A DNA stretch of 46,276 nt from Desulfuromusa sp. (GTDB lineage Bacteria > Desulfobacterota > Desulfuromonadia > Desulfuromonadales > Geopsychrobacteraceae), in NCBI GenBank assembly GCA_029932345.1, contig JAOZQF010000001.1:1-46276 (forward strand), read 5' to 3'. This document shows, piece after piece, positions 44,548-46,276 of this stretch. The notes under the pieces are model-generated. The model had not been told where the DNA came from. It saw only the letters and a program-made list of their open reading frames with translations, and ran no database searches. Each line of letters starts with the position of its first letter. Position 1 is the stretch's first letter. The translations under genes and the position numbers were made by a program.

Positions 44548-45081
44548 TCAGCTGGTTTTTTCAACCTGTATAAATTCTAATTCTACGGGGGTAACCCGAC
44601 CGAAAATACTGACCATAACTTTCAAAGTACCACGATCAGGGCGAACATCTTCCACCATTCCGGTAAAGTTAAGGAATGGACCATCGACAACACGTACCGT
44701 CTCACCGATTTCAAACTCAACCTTCGGCTTGGGCTTCTCGACGCCCTCTTCCATCCGGTTGGTAATCTTTGCCACCTCGGCATCTGGAATTGCCGGAGGG
44801 TTTTGCGCACCACCGACAAACCCGGTTATTTTCGAAGTTCCAGTGACGATATGCCACGTCTCATCGTTGAGCTCCATCCGTACCAGAATATAGCCGGGGA
44901 AGAACTTGCGCAATGAGGTCTTACGCTCCCCTTTACGCATTTCAACGACAGTTTCCGAAGGGATTAAAATCTCTTCAAAAAACTCTTCGGCAGCCCCGGA
45001 GCGAATCCGCTCCTCAAGACTCAATTTAACCTTATTTTCATACCCTGAATAGGTATGCACGCCGTACCACTTCATCGCCAT
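44548..45081 (-). CDS. nusG: Transcription termination/antitermination factor NusG
   Basis: [42 protein letters not shown]. Confidence 0.99.
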   Translation of the reverse strand: MAMKWYGVHTYSGYENKVKLSLEERIRSGAAEEFFEEILIPSETVVEMRKGERKTSLRKFFPGYILVRMELNDETWHIVTGTSKITGFVGGAQNPPAIPDAEVAKITNRMEEGVEKPKPKVEFEIGETVRVVDGPFLNFTGMVEDVRPDRGTLKVMVSIFGRVTPVELEFIQVEKTS

Positions 45082-45100
45082 GGCAAAGTCCTTTTTCTCC

Positions 45101-45286
45101 TCAACCGAGGATCAGACGGATAAGGCGCGAAAGAATCACATCGACACCACCAAGAAAGATCGCACAGACTATCACCAAAGCAATGACAACCATCGTTGAT
45201 GCATAGGTGTCCTTTTTAGATGGCCAGGTGACCTTCTTAAGCTCTGCCTTGACGTTGGCAAAAAACTCATTTAATTTTCCACTCAT
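45101..45286 (-). CDS. secE: Preprotein translocase subunit SecE
   Basis: ELKKVTWP followed by one TM helix; upstream of nusG. Confidence 0.96.
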   Translation of the reverse strand: MSGKLNEFFANVKAELKKVTWPSKKDTYASTMVVIALVIVCAIFLGGVDVILSRLIRLILG

Positions 45287-45324
45287 CGATCTATTGGCCT
45301 CGCTGAAGTACTCATTCGCAATTA

Positions 45325-45401
45325 TGGCAGGCCAGGAGGGATTCGAACCCCCAACACCCGGATTTGGAGTCCGGTGCTCTAGCCGTTAGAGCTACTGGCC
45401 T
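45325..45401 (-). tRNA. tRNA-Trp (anticodon CCA), CCA end encoded
   Basis: Minus strand AGGCCAGTAGCTCTAACGGCTAGAGCACCGGACTCCAAATCCGGGTGTTGGGGGTTCGAATCCCTCCTGGCCTGCCA; canonical rpmG-trnW-secE position. Confidence 0.97.
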
Positions 45402-45433
45402 ACGATTCTATCCTGGTTCCCCGCCGTTACCCC

Positions 45434-45583
45434 TTATTTTGTCTCTTTATGGGGGGTGTGCTTCCGGCAGAAGCGACAGTACTTGTTAAACTCCAACTTA
45501 TCTGGAGTATTTCGCTTGTTTTTCGTCGTCGTGTAATTCCGTTGCTTACACTCAGTACAAGCAAGAGTGACAATGTCACGCAT
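45434..45583 (-). CDS. rpmG: 50S ribosomal protein L33 (Zn-binding type)
   Basis: Below ORF-track cutoff; [49 protein letters not shown]. Confidence 0.96.
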   Translation of the reverse strand: MRDIVTLACTECKQRNYTTTKNKRNTPDKLEFNKYCRFCRKHTPHKETK

Positions 45584-45639
45584 AACACTTACCTCTTAAT
45601 TCCCTTTTGCCAGTAGCAAAATGGAGTGATTTACTAATA

Positions 45640-46276
45640 TTACTCGATAACTTCACTAACCACACCGGCACCGACAGTTCGGCCACCTTCGCGGATTGCA
45701 AAGCGCAGTTCTTTATCCATGGCGATCGGGGTGATCAATTCTGCGGTCATGGAAATGTTATCTCCAGGCATGACCATCTCGACACCTTCGGGAAGTTCTA
45801 CGATTCCGGTCACATCAGTGGTACGGAAGTAAAACTGGGGACGATACCCTTTGAAGAATGGGGTATGACGCCCGCCTTCTTCTTTGGTGAGGATATAGGC
45901 TTCTGCTTTGAACTTGGTGTGGGGGGTGATGCTGCCGGGCTTCGACAGAACTTGTCCCCGTTCAATTTGATCACGCTTGAGTCCACGCAGCAGGATGCCA
46001 CAGTTGTCGCCGGCTTGGCCTTGATCGAGCAGTTTACGGAACATCTCGACTCCGGTGACGACGGTTTTCTGGGTCTCTTTCATGCCGACAATTTCGACTT
46101 CTTCCTGGACTTTGATGATCCCTCTTTCAACTCGTCCGGTGGCGACTGTGCCGCGGCCTGAGATGGAGAAGACGTCTTCTACGGGCATCAGAAAGGGGCG
46201 ATCAATGGCGCGCTCGGGCTCGGGAATGTAGTTGTCTACGGCTTCCATGAGTTCGAGTACTTTGTCTTTTCCGATT
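45640..46276 (-). CDS. tuf: Elongation factor Tu, second copy (3' part; 5' end beyond window)
   Basis: Appears identical by eye to 29384-30020 except the stop codon (TAA vs TAG). Confidence 0.98.
   Translation of the reverse strand, partial: IGKDKVLELMEAVDNYIPEPERAIDRPFLMPVEDVFSISGRGTVATGRVERGIIKVQEEVEIVGMKETQKTVVTGVEMFRKLLDQGQAGDNCGILLRGLKRDQIERGQVLSKPGSITPHTKFKAEAYILTKEEGGRHTPFFKGYRPQFYFRTTDVTGIVELPEGVEMVMPGDNISMTAELITPIAMDKELRFAIREGGRTVGAGVVSEVIE

Overview
Core chromosomal region of a deltaproteobacterium; protein sequences and gene order suggest Desulfuromonadales (inference). About 31 kb (14954-46276, minus strand) is the fused ribosomal/RNA polymerase superoperon: partial tuf, rpmG, tRNA-Trp, secE, nusG, rplKAJL, rpoBC, rpsLG, fusA, tuf, S10 and spc clusters, secY, adk, rpmJ, rpsMKD, rpoA, rplQ. 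It is followed by mgtE-recO-glyQS-ppdK. The left 6.3 kb holds the 5' end of a radical SAM gene (minus), an FAA-hydrolase/DUF2520 pair, and an HDOD-histidine kinase coupled to a REC-PAS-GGDEF-EAL protein. The least explained signal is non-coding. Three ~160-bp rod-like palindromes (12147-12308, 12310-12470, 14650-14811) share a core architecture and have G-T pairs that work only on the + strand, antisense to the surrounding genes. The two homologous copies show compensatory base changes, and one lies inside the predicted mgtE 5' UTR. A collapsed ends-only copy sits at 1845-1866. The operonic methionine aminopeptidase (map) gene is a decayed, truncated pseudogene between adk and rpmJ. All calls are from reading the sequence by eye; no searches were run.
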